From: a bacterium
Lineage (GTDB): Bacteria > UBA8248
Length of the DNA: 64,000 nucleotides
NCBI GenBank assembly: GCA_965221655.1
Contig: OZ244906.1
Coordinates: 173,339 to 237,338 of the forward strand
Direction of reading: 5' to 3'
Shown here: in pieces, positions 57,102 to 64,000 of the stretch
Position numbering within the stretch: the stretch's first letter is position 1
Layout: every line of letters starts with the position of its first letter
Program-made: the position numbers and the translations under genes
The notes under the pieces: generated by a model
Seen by the model: the letters and a program-made list of their open reading frames with translations, nothing else
Told to the model about the DNA's origin: nothing
Database searches by the model: none

Positions 57102-59075
57102 ATGAGTGCGCAAGATTTTCTTGCAATCACTAATCGAATCATCGTCCTCCCCGTCGTCCACGGCTCGGGAGATTTCGCCGTTGAAGTGCGCGACAGGATT
57201 TTGGAAATCGAGCCTGATTGCGTTGCGGTTCCACTGCCACCTTCTTTCCAGGAGGAAGTAGAGGCGGGAGTGGATGCTCTTCCGTATGTATCCATGGTGT
57301 CGGTACATGAGGATGTCGAACCTCATCTCCAGGGCGACGATACGTATCCGGATGTATCATGGGACGCTTATCCGCCTCTGGAAGGTGATGCGCAAGACGA
57401 AGAAAAATTCTCGTCGAATGAATCCGACGCATCTTCTCATAATTATGTGCCTATCGACCCATGTCAGCCTGTAATTTCTGCTCTCAGGGTGGCGATGGGA
57501 GAGCATATCCCCAGGGCTTTCGTTGATTTGGAAGTGGGGCGGTTTCATGCAGAAACTCATGCACTGCCCGATCCCTATGGACTCAAGAAAGTACCGCTGG
57601 AAGCGTTTGCCGCTTCTCTCTTGACGGTAGCACCAAGACCCTCCGCTTTGTCACAACGTGCGGCGAGAATCCGCTGGATGGCCAACGCCTTACTGGAACT
57701 CGAAACGAAATACGAGCGCATCGTCTTCGTCTGCTCCGCGATGGATTGGCCCTGGATTCGGGCGGCTTGCCGCAACGGATCATCGGGTGATGAAACATTG
57801 TTCGAATCCCATATGGGTGTATCTCTCCACGAACCTCGAAGGCACGGGGTATCGGAGAATACCCTGGCTTTTTTTCTGGGCGAACTTCCTTACCTAACGC
57901 ATTTGTATGAGGAGAAGCGTGAACAATTCATGGTTGATTCAAATTTGGGTATTGACGGCGTCAAAGAACTTCTCATGGAGGCGAGAGCGGCGTGGCTCGC
58001 AGAATATCGACCGACCCGGAATTGGGCTACCCCCCAAAGGCTCCAGATATTTTTGCAATATGCCCGAAATTTGACGCTTCAAGGCAGAAGGTTGACGCCG
58101 GACTTATTTACCCTTGTCCTTGCCGCCAAGCAGACTGTCGGCGATGCCTTCGCTCTCTCGCTGCTCGAGACCGCTAGGGAATATCCCTATCAACGTGAAG
58201 GTTCTTCATTTGCTGAAGATGAACTTGTCCACGTAGGCGTGGGTCGTGCATTGTTCCCCGACGAGGGTGTCGGAATCACCAAAAACAGGTTAGGGGGCTC
58301 GGCTGTCGTTTGGAGGAGCATTTCCCTCAAACCAAAGCCCACCCCGTTTGAAAAACGCAAATGGGCACAGAGGTGGAACCCCTTTGGCATGTGTTCCTGG
58401 CCACCGGAAGATCAAGCCATAGAAAGTTTTCATACCCATGTGCGTGAGCAGGCCAAAGCGCTCCTGGGAGAGGATTTGGCCCGCACCGAAAAGTTCACGA
58501 CGTCCATAAAGGATGGCCTCGACATCAGGGAAACGCTCCGCAACTGGCATACGGGCGATCTGTACGTAAAGGACATTCCTCCGGCGCGCGGGGGTCTGGA
58601 AGTCGTCGTTTTTTTATTCGATACCCCAGCGGATGCCGAGAAATATTCGTGGCGTACGATGTGGTACGCGGAACACGAAAATGAATCGACTCTTTGTATG
58701 TATGCCACCCCGTTCGAGAACGATTTGGTGGGACCGGGGATTGCGGAATCGCAATACGGCGGGGCGTTTTTTGTTTTCCCTCCCCGGCACGTTGAAGATG
58801 TGTGGCGGGATGCGCGATTTCAGTATACGCACACGCTGGAGGAGCGGTTGATTGCCGGGGCCTGTTTTCACTCCCGAGAGCGGTTCATCGCCCTGGTGAG
58901 TCCGCATCCACCTGGTGCGAGTTGGCGCCGCATTGCAAGGTTTTATCAAAAGCACTTGATCTACATCCCCATCGCTCGATTTTCCGGAGAAACCATCGCA
59001 CGCATCCGTCGCTTTCATGTTCTCGGAGGAAAGAACGTCAGAAGCTATGCCGCGAAGTTCATTAGAGAGATGTAA
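57102..59075 (+). CDS. Uncharacterised 657-aa partner of the AAA+ ATPase (possible degenerate VWA-like C-terminus)
   Basis: The ATG lies 3 nt after the ATPase stop. There is no MIDAS DxSxS motif. A VWA-shaped stretch LEVVVFLFDTPADAEKYS sits where a MIDAS loop would be. Confidence 0.6.
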   Translation: MSAQDFLAITNRIIVLPVVHGSGDFAVEVRDRILEIEPDCVAVPLPPSFQEEVEAGVDALPYVSMVSVHEDVEPHLQGDDTYPDVSWDAYPPLEGDAQDEEKFSSNESDASSHNYVPIDPCQPVISALRVAMGEHIPRAFVDLEVGRFHAETHALPDPYGLKKVPLEAFAASLLTVAPRPSALSQRAARIRWMANALLELETKYERIVFVCSAMDWPWIRAACRNGSSGDETLFESHMGVSLHEPRRHGVSENTLAFFLGELPYLTHLYEEKREQFMVDSNLGIDGVKELLMEARAAWLAEYRPTRNWATPQRLQIFLQYARNLTLQGRRLTPDLFTLVLAAKQTVGDAFALSLLETAREYPYQREGSSFAEDELVHVGVGRALFPDEGVGITKNRLGGSAVVWRSISLKPKPTPFEKRKWAQRWNPFGMCSWPPEDQAIESFHTHVREQAKALLGEDLARTEKFTTSIKDGLDIRETLRNWHTGDLYVKDIPPARGGLEVVVFLFDTPADAEKYSWRTMWYAEHENESTLCMYATPFENDLVGPGIAESQYGGAFFVFPPRHVEDVWRDARFQYTHTLEERLIAGACFHSRERFIALVSPHPPGASWRRIARFYQKHLIYIPIARFSGETIARIRRFHVLGGKNVRSYAAKFIREM

Positions 59076-59284
59076 AGACGGTTTCCCCTCTCGAAGTTTC
59101 TTCGCAGGCGATGATTGCACGTTGTGAACGCCACTTTGCTCACCGGGTTTCGTACGTAACGCAGTCCATGGTTATCCCCAAAGAGCTAAAACCCCTCGAC
59201 CCGGCAGGGGTGCTCACGCAACGTATGGTAGACTGCGCAGGTGATTGCATTTGAAGCGAGCCACCCAATCAAGGAGTTGCGGCG

Positions 59285-59620
59285 ATGAACGTCCAGGAAC
59301 TCGTAGCCAGATTTCCCGAAATCCCCGAAGATTTGCTTGGTGAGGAAGTGTTGGCGCAATTTGCGGATGTTTTTGGCTATCCTCTTTCTATCGCCCAGAA
59401 ACCCTCTGCATGTTCCACGGAATACGACTCGGGAAACCACTATTACATGAAACTTGTAAACCCGATGGGCATCTATCGTATCGGATTGATGAAGCGCGAT
59501 ATGTTGCTCGCCCAAATAGGCGAGTTGGTCGAAAAACAGCAGGCGGACCCGAGTTTTGCCGAGACGTTGGTGCCGTCCGATGTCGCGGTGAGAGAGGTTA
59601 GGGGGCCAGGCTGTGGATGA
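59285..59620 (+). CDS. Hypothetical protein (111 aa)
   Basis: Plus-strand ORF with a ribosome-binding site (AAGGAG), preferred over the competing minus-strand ORFs that have low-complexity sequence. Confidence 0.4.
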   Translation: MNVQELVARFPEIPEDLLGEEVLAQFADVFGYPLSIAQKPSACSTEYDSGNHYYMKLVNPMGIYRIGLMKRDMLLAQIGELVEKQQADPSFAETLVPSDVAVREVRGPGCG

Positions 59621-59695
59621 GGGTAGCGTGTGTAGAAATTCCCTGGCTCCCTTAGGGAAAAGCGGGTTTTTCCCGCTGGGTACAGCAATCCTTTC

Positions 59696-60643
59696 ATGAT
59701 GCAGGTCTCTGCTTTGCCGAACATTTCCCGAGTGGTTCTTGCAGGATCGTTCGCCAAGGAATTTCTCGACGCACCGGGCAAAGCGCGAATCATCAGTGTA
59801 TTCCGCAGAAGTTTGTACGTGGAAAATACGTCCGGGCGAATCGTGTGCATCGGGGCACGGGATATCGGCCCGGGACCGTTGAACGCGCTTTGTGAATTCT
59901 CCGGCGACGTGGATTTCAAAAAACAAATGCTCTCTTCGGTGGACGCTTTGGTCGCAAACGGTTTTGTTCGCCTCGGCCAGGGCGTAGGGCTCGATACCTC
60001 GCAAATCGAAGAATGGAAACCTGAGCCCTTCCCCGTTTTCCGGGATTTTGAGTCTCTGCTATGTAATCTCTCTTTTGTCGCTGCGTGGATAGACGATAGA
60101 GGGCCTCGAGAAGGTCTGGCTCCACTCGTTCCGCACATTATAAGATGTGAAGATCTGTCAAGCGACGACGTTTTTCGACAAATTGCGTGGAAGGCGATTT
60201 CTGAACTCGGCAACTGGTTGTCGCGTCGCCTGAGCGGAAGGGCAAGTCTCGATTTTTCCTCGGTGGACAATCAACTCGTCGGTCTGGGGCCGGGGCTCAC
60301 TCCGTCCGGAGATGATTTTTGGTGTGGTGTGATGATAGCGCTGTCTGCTCTGGGACGTTTTGACGTCTTGGGGGAGGTGGGCACTACCTTATTGCAACAG
60401 GCCAGGGCGCGAACGAACAAAATCAGTTGCGCGCATTTGGAATGTGCGGCCAATGGACAGGGAGCGCATGCCCTGCATGAAGTGCTCGCGGCGATTACCA
60501 CAAAGGGTGAGCATCTTGTGGGTCGCGCCTTGCGTGTGCTGGGTAGAATCGGACACACCTCCGGCTGGGATTCTCTGGCCGGGCTGGTGTGTGTTTTGAT
60601 GTGTATGCCGTCTTTGCTGCAATGCCGGCGTGTTTCGACATAA
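59696..60643 (+). CDS. Hypothetical protein with GLTPSGDD motif (possibly DUF2877/AllH-like)
   Basis: 315 aa. The central LGPGLTPSGDDFWCGVMIAL stretch is the basis for the tentative family guess, which comes from memory only. Confidence 0.45.
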   Translation: MMQVSALPNISRVVLAGSFAKEFLDAPGKARIISVFRRSLYVENTSGRIVCIGARDIGPGPLNALCEFSGDVDFKKQMLSSVDALVANGFVRLGQGVGLDTSQIEEWKPEPFPVFRDFESLLCNLSFVAAWIDDRGPREGLAPLVPHIIRCEDLSSDDVFRQIAWKAISELGNWLSRRLSGRASLDFSSVDNQLVGLGPGLTPSGDDFWCGVMIALSALGRFDVLGEVGTTLLQQARARTNKISCAHLECAANGQGAHALHEVLAAITTKGEHLVGRALRVLGRIGHTSGWDSLAGLVCVLMCMPSLLQCRRVST

Positions 60644-60662
60644 ACCTCATGGATGGGGACAC

Positions 60663-61553
60663 ATGAGCAAGGTAGCGGTGTTGGGAGTCGGGGCGATTGG
60701 TGGTGTGTTCGGGGTTCGGTTGTGCCGAGCGGATGGGCACGACGTGACACTCTGCGTGCGAAAGCCCATCGATAGGCTCGTGGTGGAAACACCCGGGTCG
60801 GTTGTCGAATCCAGGGTGACATGCGCTACGGAACCCTCACAGATAGGAGCCGTCGATTGCGTCATCCTTGCGGTGAAGGGGTACCAGGTGCGAGGTGTTG
60901 CTTCTTGGCTCGAAACCCTTATAGGGGCCGATACCATCGTCGCCGTTTTGCAAAATGGTGTGGAACACGAAGAAAGAGTCGCCCCATACGCCAAAGGAGC
61001 AGAAGTCGTTCCGGTGGTGGTGAATTGTCCGGCGGACAGGTTGGCTCCCGGTCATGTGGTGCAGCAGGGAGGCGCCCAACTTGTTCCCCAAGAGGGTCGG
61101 GGAGCACGTTTTCTCGTGTCCCTTTTCGAGGGTACGGACATTCCGGTGAGGCCGACAACTGATTTCACGACTGCTTCTTGGGCGAAGTTGTGCAACAACA
61201 TCGGCGCCGGTCCCGCCACTGCGCTGACCGATAAGGGGAGAGGGGTGCTGCACGAGCCCGACATTGCCGAACTTTGTTGCGCGCTCGTACGTGAATGTGC
61301 CTCGGTGGGCAGGGCAGAGGGTGCGAAATTGGCGGACGACATTGCCGAGCGAACGATAGAGCGTCTCCACGATGCGGACCCGGAGGCGACTACCTCCATG
61401 CTCGTCGACAGAAGATCGGGGCGAAGAATCGAGGCGGACGTCATGACGGGGGCGGTCGTTCGCTTGGGTGCCAAGCATGGAATCGCCACACCCCTCAACA
61501 GTGCGGTTCACGCCCTCCTTTGTTCCATCAACATGGCCGGCAATATAAAATAA
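60663..61553 (+). CDS. panE: 2-dehydropantoate 2-reductase (ketopantoate reductase, PanE/ApbA family)
   Basis: MSKVAVLGVGAIGGVFG Rossmann motif. C-terminal ApbA_C-like helical domain with ...ASMLVDRRSGRRIEAD. Confidence 0.8.
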   Translation: MSKVAVLGVGAIGGVFGVRLCRADGHDVTLCVRKPIDRLVVETPGSVVESRVTCATEPSQIGAVDCVILAVKGYQVRGVASWLETLIGADTIVAVLQNGVEHEERVAPYAKGAEVVPVVVNCPADRLAPGHVVQQGGAQLVPQEGRGARFLVSLFEGTDIPVRPTTDFTTASWAKLCNNIGAGPATALTDKGRGVLHEPDIAELCCALVRECASVGRAEGAKLADDIAERTIERLHDADPEATTSMLVDRRSGRRIEADVMTGAVVRLGAKHGIATPLNSAVHALLCSINMAGNIK

Positions 61554-61592
61554 GACGGTTGTCTGGAAACGAGATTTCGTTTGTGGTGCGAT

Positions 61593-62153
61593 TCAGGGTT
61601 TCCAGGCCTTCGGCGGATCGGCAGCGTCCCGGGCGTGGCCGTCCCGGGCTAGCCGATCTCGGAACCACGTTTCGTTAATTCGGTTCGTATAAGGGTCCAT
61701 GACGGCCAAGTCGCAGAAGATTTCGATGCAATTCCCGGACGGGTCCGAGATGTAGAGTGCGTGATTCTCGCCCCAGAATCCGTCTCCCTCGGGATGCGTC
61801 GGGCTGTGGATGGACGGTCCCCAGAAAATTTCTATTTCTTTGTCGCTCAGATATGAGGCCCAGGCTTCGAGTTCGGTTCTGTCGTTTACCTGAAACGCGA
61901 TGTGATGAAGCCCCGTTCGAAGGGTGTCGAAGGTGCGCCCCTCGGGTGGGGGAGGACCCTCTCCCTCCGGCCAGAATACGAGATTAAGGTCGTGGTGAAG
62001 TTCCGTGCACCTCATGAAGCACAAGCCGAAAGGAAAATCCCCCACTGTGCCAGGCGGGTAGATTTCCGAGATACTGAAGCCCAGGATATTTACGTAGAAA
62101 TTCTTTGCTGCCTCGATGTCATGTACCTTGATGGCGGCATGCTGAAGTCGCAT
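61593..62153 (-). CDS. VOC-family enzyme (extradiol-dioxygenase/glyoxalase-like, two-module)
   Basis: MRLQHAAIKVHDIEAAKNFYVNILGF in the first module and LHHIAFQVND in the second. Confidence 0.75.
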   Translation of the reverse strand: MRLQHAAIKVHDIEAAKNFYVNILGFSISEIYPPGTVGDFPFGLCFMRCTELHHDLNLVFWPEGEGPPPPEGRTFDTLRTGLHHIAFQVNDRTELEAWASYLSDKEIEIFWGPSIHSPTHPEGDGFWGENHALYISDPSGNCIEIFCDLAVMDPYTNRINETWFRDRLARDGHARDAADPPKAWKP

Positions 62154-62195
62154 TAAACCCTGTGATGGTCTTTGCATGAAAATTCTCCCCTGGTA

Positions 62196-63335
62196 TCACG
62201 AGTCGATGCACGTCCAGGAATCCCGGCCCAAATCTCCCAATCCCTCGCACCCGTCTTGTGTGACGGCGACCGCATCTTCAATCTTCACATGACCGACCTC
62301 CGGATGGCGGATGTCGCATTCTACCGAAACCACCATGCCTGCCTCGAGGGTTCGGTTCACCTCGGGGCCGAAGCGTGGCAATTCCTGCTGCACCATGCCT
62401 ATTCCGTGCACTTCAAAGATCCCGAAATCGGAAAACCCCGTATCCTGAAATGCCCGATACCCGCGCTCATGAACCGAAGCGCAACTGGCTCCGTGCCGGA
62501 TGGCGTCTCGGCATTGATTGACGGAATGGAGACAGGCCTTATGTAATTCCTCGGCGAGAGGAGATGGTTGGCCCCGGACCCCCATGCGACAGATGTCCGA
62601 CATGTAGCCCGCCTCCGAGCCGCCTGCGTCGATGTGAAGAATTTCTCCCCTTTCCCAGATTGTATCGGATGGCTCACGCCGCATGGCAGCTCCTGCGGCG
62701 GTGAAGGCGTAGTGAAAATGGAGCCCGCGTCGCACCATCTCTTCTTCTACTCTGCGGGCCACCTCCCGTGTGGTGACGTCTTGCGTACCGGCTTGAAAGC
62801 CGGCCTGTATGGCTTCTGCGTCCGCAAGGGCGGCACGTCGAAATATCTCCAGTTCGTCTTCTCTTTTTACGGCGCGGAGTTCTTCGAGAATTTCGAGTGA
62901 ATCGACGAATCGGGCACCGCGCATCTCGTTCGCTAGCGTTTCCATCGCATCGACCGGCAAGAAAGCGCGCTCGACGGCTATGGTCCCCCCGTCCAGGGCC
63001 CGATTTCGAATTGCTTCGGCAGCCGTTTTCGCTGCGCCGACCGTTCCTCTTGCCTTCGTATAAATGACGTCGGGTACCCAGGTTTTTACCTCGTTGCGAG
63101 GAGACGCTTCGACGCGCCAAGCGACTTGAAAGGAGGTTTCCGTACGTTTTTGGGGAATCCCGACGAAGGGGAGGTACTGACTTGGGCCAATCGCGGCTAT
63201 CCTCTCGCGAAAGTGAAAGTAGTACCCCCCCGTCAGATAACGAAGGTTGTGGGGCGTGTGCGCGAGTATCAGATCGACGCCGGCTTCTTCCATCAGGCGT
63301 TCGAGTTTGGTCTGGTCATAAGGGGGCTTTATCAT
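62196..63335 (-). CDS. M24-family metallopeptidase (creatinase/prolidase-like), paralogue 2
   Basis: ILHIDAGGSEAGYMSDICRMG and HGIGMVQQELP motifs. Probable start MIKPPYDQ (63335), overlapping the upstream M24 stop as ATGA. The ORF could extend to 63350. Confidence 0.8.
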   Translation of the reverse strand: MIKPPYDQTKLERLMEEAGVDLILAHTPHNLRYLTGGYYFHFRERIAAIGPSQYLPFVGIPQKRTETSFQVAWRVEASPRNEVKTWVPDVIYTKARGTVGAAKTAAEAIRNRALDGGTIAVERAFLPVDAMETLANEMRGARFVDSLEILEELRAVKREDELEIFRRAALADAEAIQAGFQAGTQDVTTREVARRVEEEMVRRGLHFHYAFTAAGAAMRREPSDTIWERGEILHIDAGGSEAGYMSDICRMGVRGQPSPLAEELHKACLHSVNQCRDAIRHGASCASVHERGYRAFQDTGFSDFGIFEVHGIGMVQQELPRFGPEVNRTLEAGMVVSVECDIRHPEVGHVKIEDAVAVTQDGCEGLGDLGRDSWTCIDS

Positions 63336-64000
63336 TCGACTACGACCCAATCTTCGCGTCCCAGATCCCCTAGAGGTTCATATCCATCGGTTGTCACCGC
63401 CACGGCGTCTTCCACTTTGACGTAACCGACCTCGGGGTGTCGGATGTCGGTCTCTATCGAAATCACCATTCCCTCTTCGAGTTTTCTCTCGATTCCCGGA
63501 CCGAAATGCGGCTGTTCGTGCGAGACCATGCCGATGCCGTGGATGATGAAATGGCCATATTCACCGTGTCCGGTGCTTTTAAGTTGATTCCAGCCCCGTT
63601 CGTAGATGTCGCCGCACACTGCACCCGGACGCAATGCGCTTCTCACGTGGTCTTGCGTGTGCAGGCAGGCCTTGTAGAGTTCATCGGCCAGGGCAGATGG
63701 TTTTCCTCTCACGCCCATTCGGCAGATGTCGGTGAGGTAGTCGGCCTCCGAACCACCTGCATCGAGATGCAGTACTTCGCCCTTTTCCCACACTTTCTGG
63801 GAGGGGGCGCGCAACATTCCCGGCCCTGCTGCTGCAAAGACCCACAAGAAGTGCAGACCTCTGTTCGTCATGCCCCTTTCCACGGCATGGGCGACTTCCC
63901 TCGTGGTCGCCCCGGGTTTCGCAGTTTCGAAGCCTTCACGGATTGCCTCGGCGTCCGACTGAGAAATACGGCGGTAGCGCTCGATTTCCTCTGGCGTTTT
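63332..64000 (-). CDS. M24-family metallopeptidase, paralogue 3 (C-terminal part; gene continues past the window end)
   Basis: ...VLHLDAGGSEADYLTDICRMGV...HGIGMVSHEQPHFGP... The stop is at 63332. Confidence 0.7.
   Translation of the reverse strand, partial: KTPEEIERYRRISQSDAEAIREGFETAKPGATTREVAHAVERGMTNRGLHFLWVFAAAGPGMLRAPSQKVWEKGEVLHLDAGGSEADYLTDICRMGVRGKPSALADELYKACLHTQDHVRSALRPGAVCGDIYERGWNQLKSTGHGEYGHFIIHGIGMVSHEQPHFGPGIERKLEEGMVISIETDIRHPEVGYVKVEDAVAVTTDGYEPLGDLGREDWVVVE

Noticed and set aside
59186-60270. Minus-strand ORFs of 272 and 265 aa
   Set aside because: They overlap two plus-strand ORFs that have better ribosome-binding sites and more protein-like composition. The minus-strand translations are Arg/His/Ser-rich without motifs.

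Overview
This is a 64-kb high-GC (about 65-70% GC) bacterial chromosomal segment with strong GGAGG-type ribosome-binding sites. It looks like densely packed housekeeping sequence, with several compact operons and many overlapping start/stop junctions. All calls rest on reading the supplied ORF translations and the raw sequence, so family names are recognition-level. Coordinates of non-CDS features are approximate to within about 3 bp.

Main content, in order along the window:
- **1-1.1 kb:** a partial B12-binding radical-SAM gene downstream of an IscA/HesB-type Fe-S carrier, both on the minus strand.
- **1.3-11.1 kb:** a 9.7-kb plus-strand heat-shock run of nine genes, clpB-dnaK-cbpA(dnaJ-like)-hspR-htpX-grpE-dnaJ-DUF1844-rpoZ, behind one sigma70-like promoter. 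A HAIR-like (HspR operator) inverted repeat sits just after the -10.
- **11.1-15.3 kb:** an aspartate aminotransferase-like gene, an HU-like gene, and trmH-like and queA overlapping by 4 nt.
- **15.3-20.3 kb:** a minus-strand molybdoenzyme operon: a [4Fe-4S] subunit fused to an NrfD/PsrC-like membrane anchor, a catalytic subunit without a Tat signal, and a TorD-like chaperone.
- **20.4-27.1 kb:**
  - Lipid-related membrane proteins and an NAD-dependent epimerase whose only ribosome-binding-site-supported start is ATC.
  - A Tat-signal aldo/keto reductase with a C-terminal Fe-S cysteine cluster.
  - A GIY-YIG protein with a zinc ribbon and a transmembrane anchor.
  - An M24 peptidase.
  - A degenerate ~83-bp tandem-repeat tract.
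  - An HD-domain hydrolase.
- **27.3-41.7 kb:** KorAB 2-oxoacid:ferredoxin oxidoreductase and an LmbE-like deacetylase. Then an ABC ATPase with a double-FtsX permease and an AttH-like lipoprotein, a beta-hydroxyacid dehydrogenase, and a four-domain rhodanese protein. Then an array of four TM2-domain genes with three ~525-bp near-identical direct repeats, followed by RraA-like and cyclase genes.
- **42.1-50.8 kb:** a second, cytoplasmic molybdopterin oxidoreductase, an amidohydrolase, a TauE/SafE exporter, an SDR, moaB, coaD and an aspartate aminotransferase-like gene.
- **50.9-64 kb:** a compositionally distinct (visibly lower-GC) block:
  - A 462-aa unknown protein.
  - An MFS transporter.
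  - tyrS.
  - A second SDR.
  - A MoxR/CbbQ-type AAA+ ATPase 3 nt upstream of a 657-aa uncharacterised partner.
  - Two more unknown proteins.
  - panE.
  - A VOC enzyme.
  - Two further M24 peptidase paralogues, the last one partial at the window edge.

No rRNA, tRNA, CRISPR array or transposase was recognised. The most novel-looking candidate is the AAA+ ATPase/partner pair and its unannotatable neighbours in the low-GC block. Close behind are the TM2 tandem amplification and the 83-bp repeat tract.
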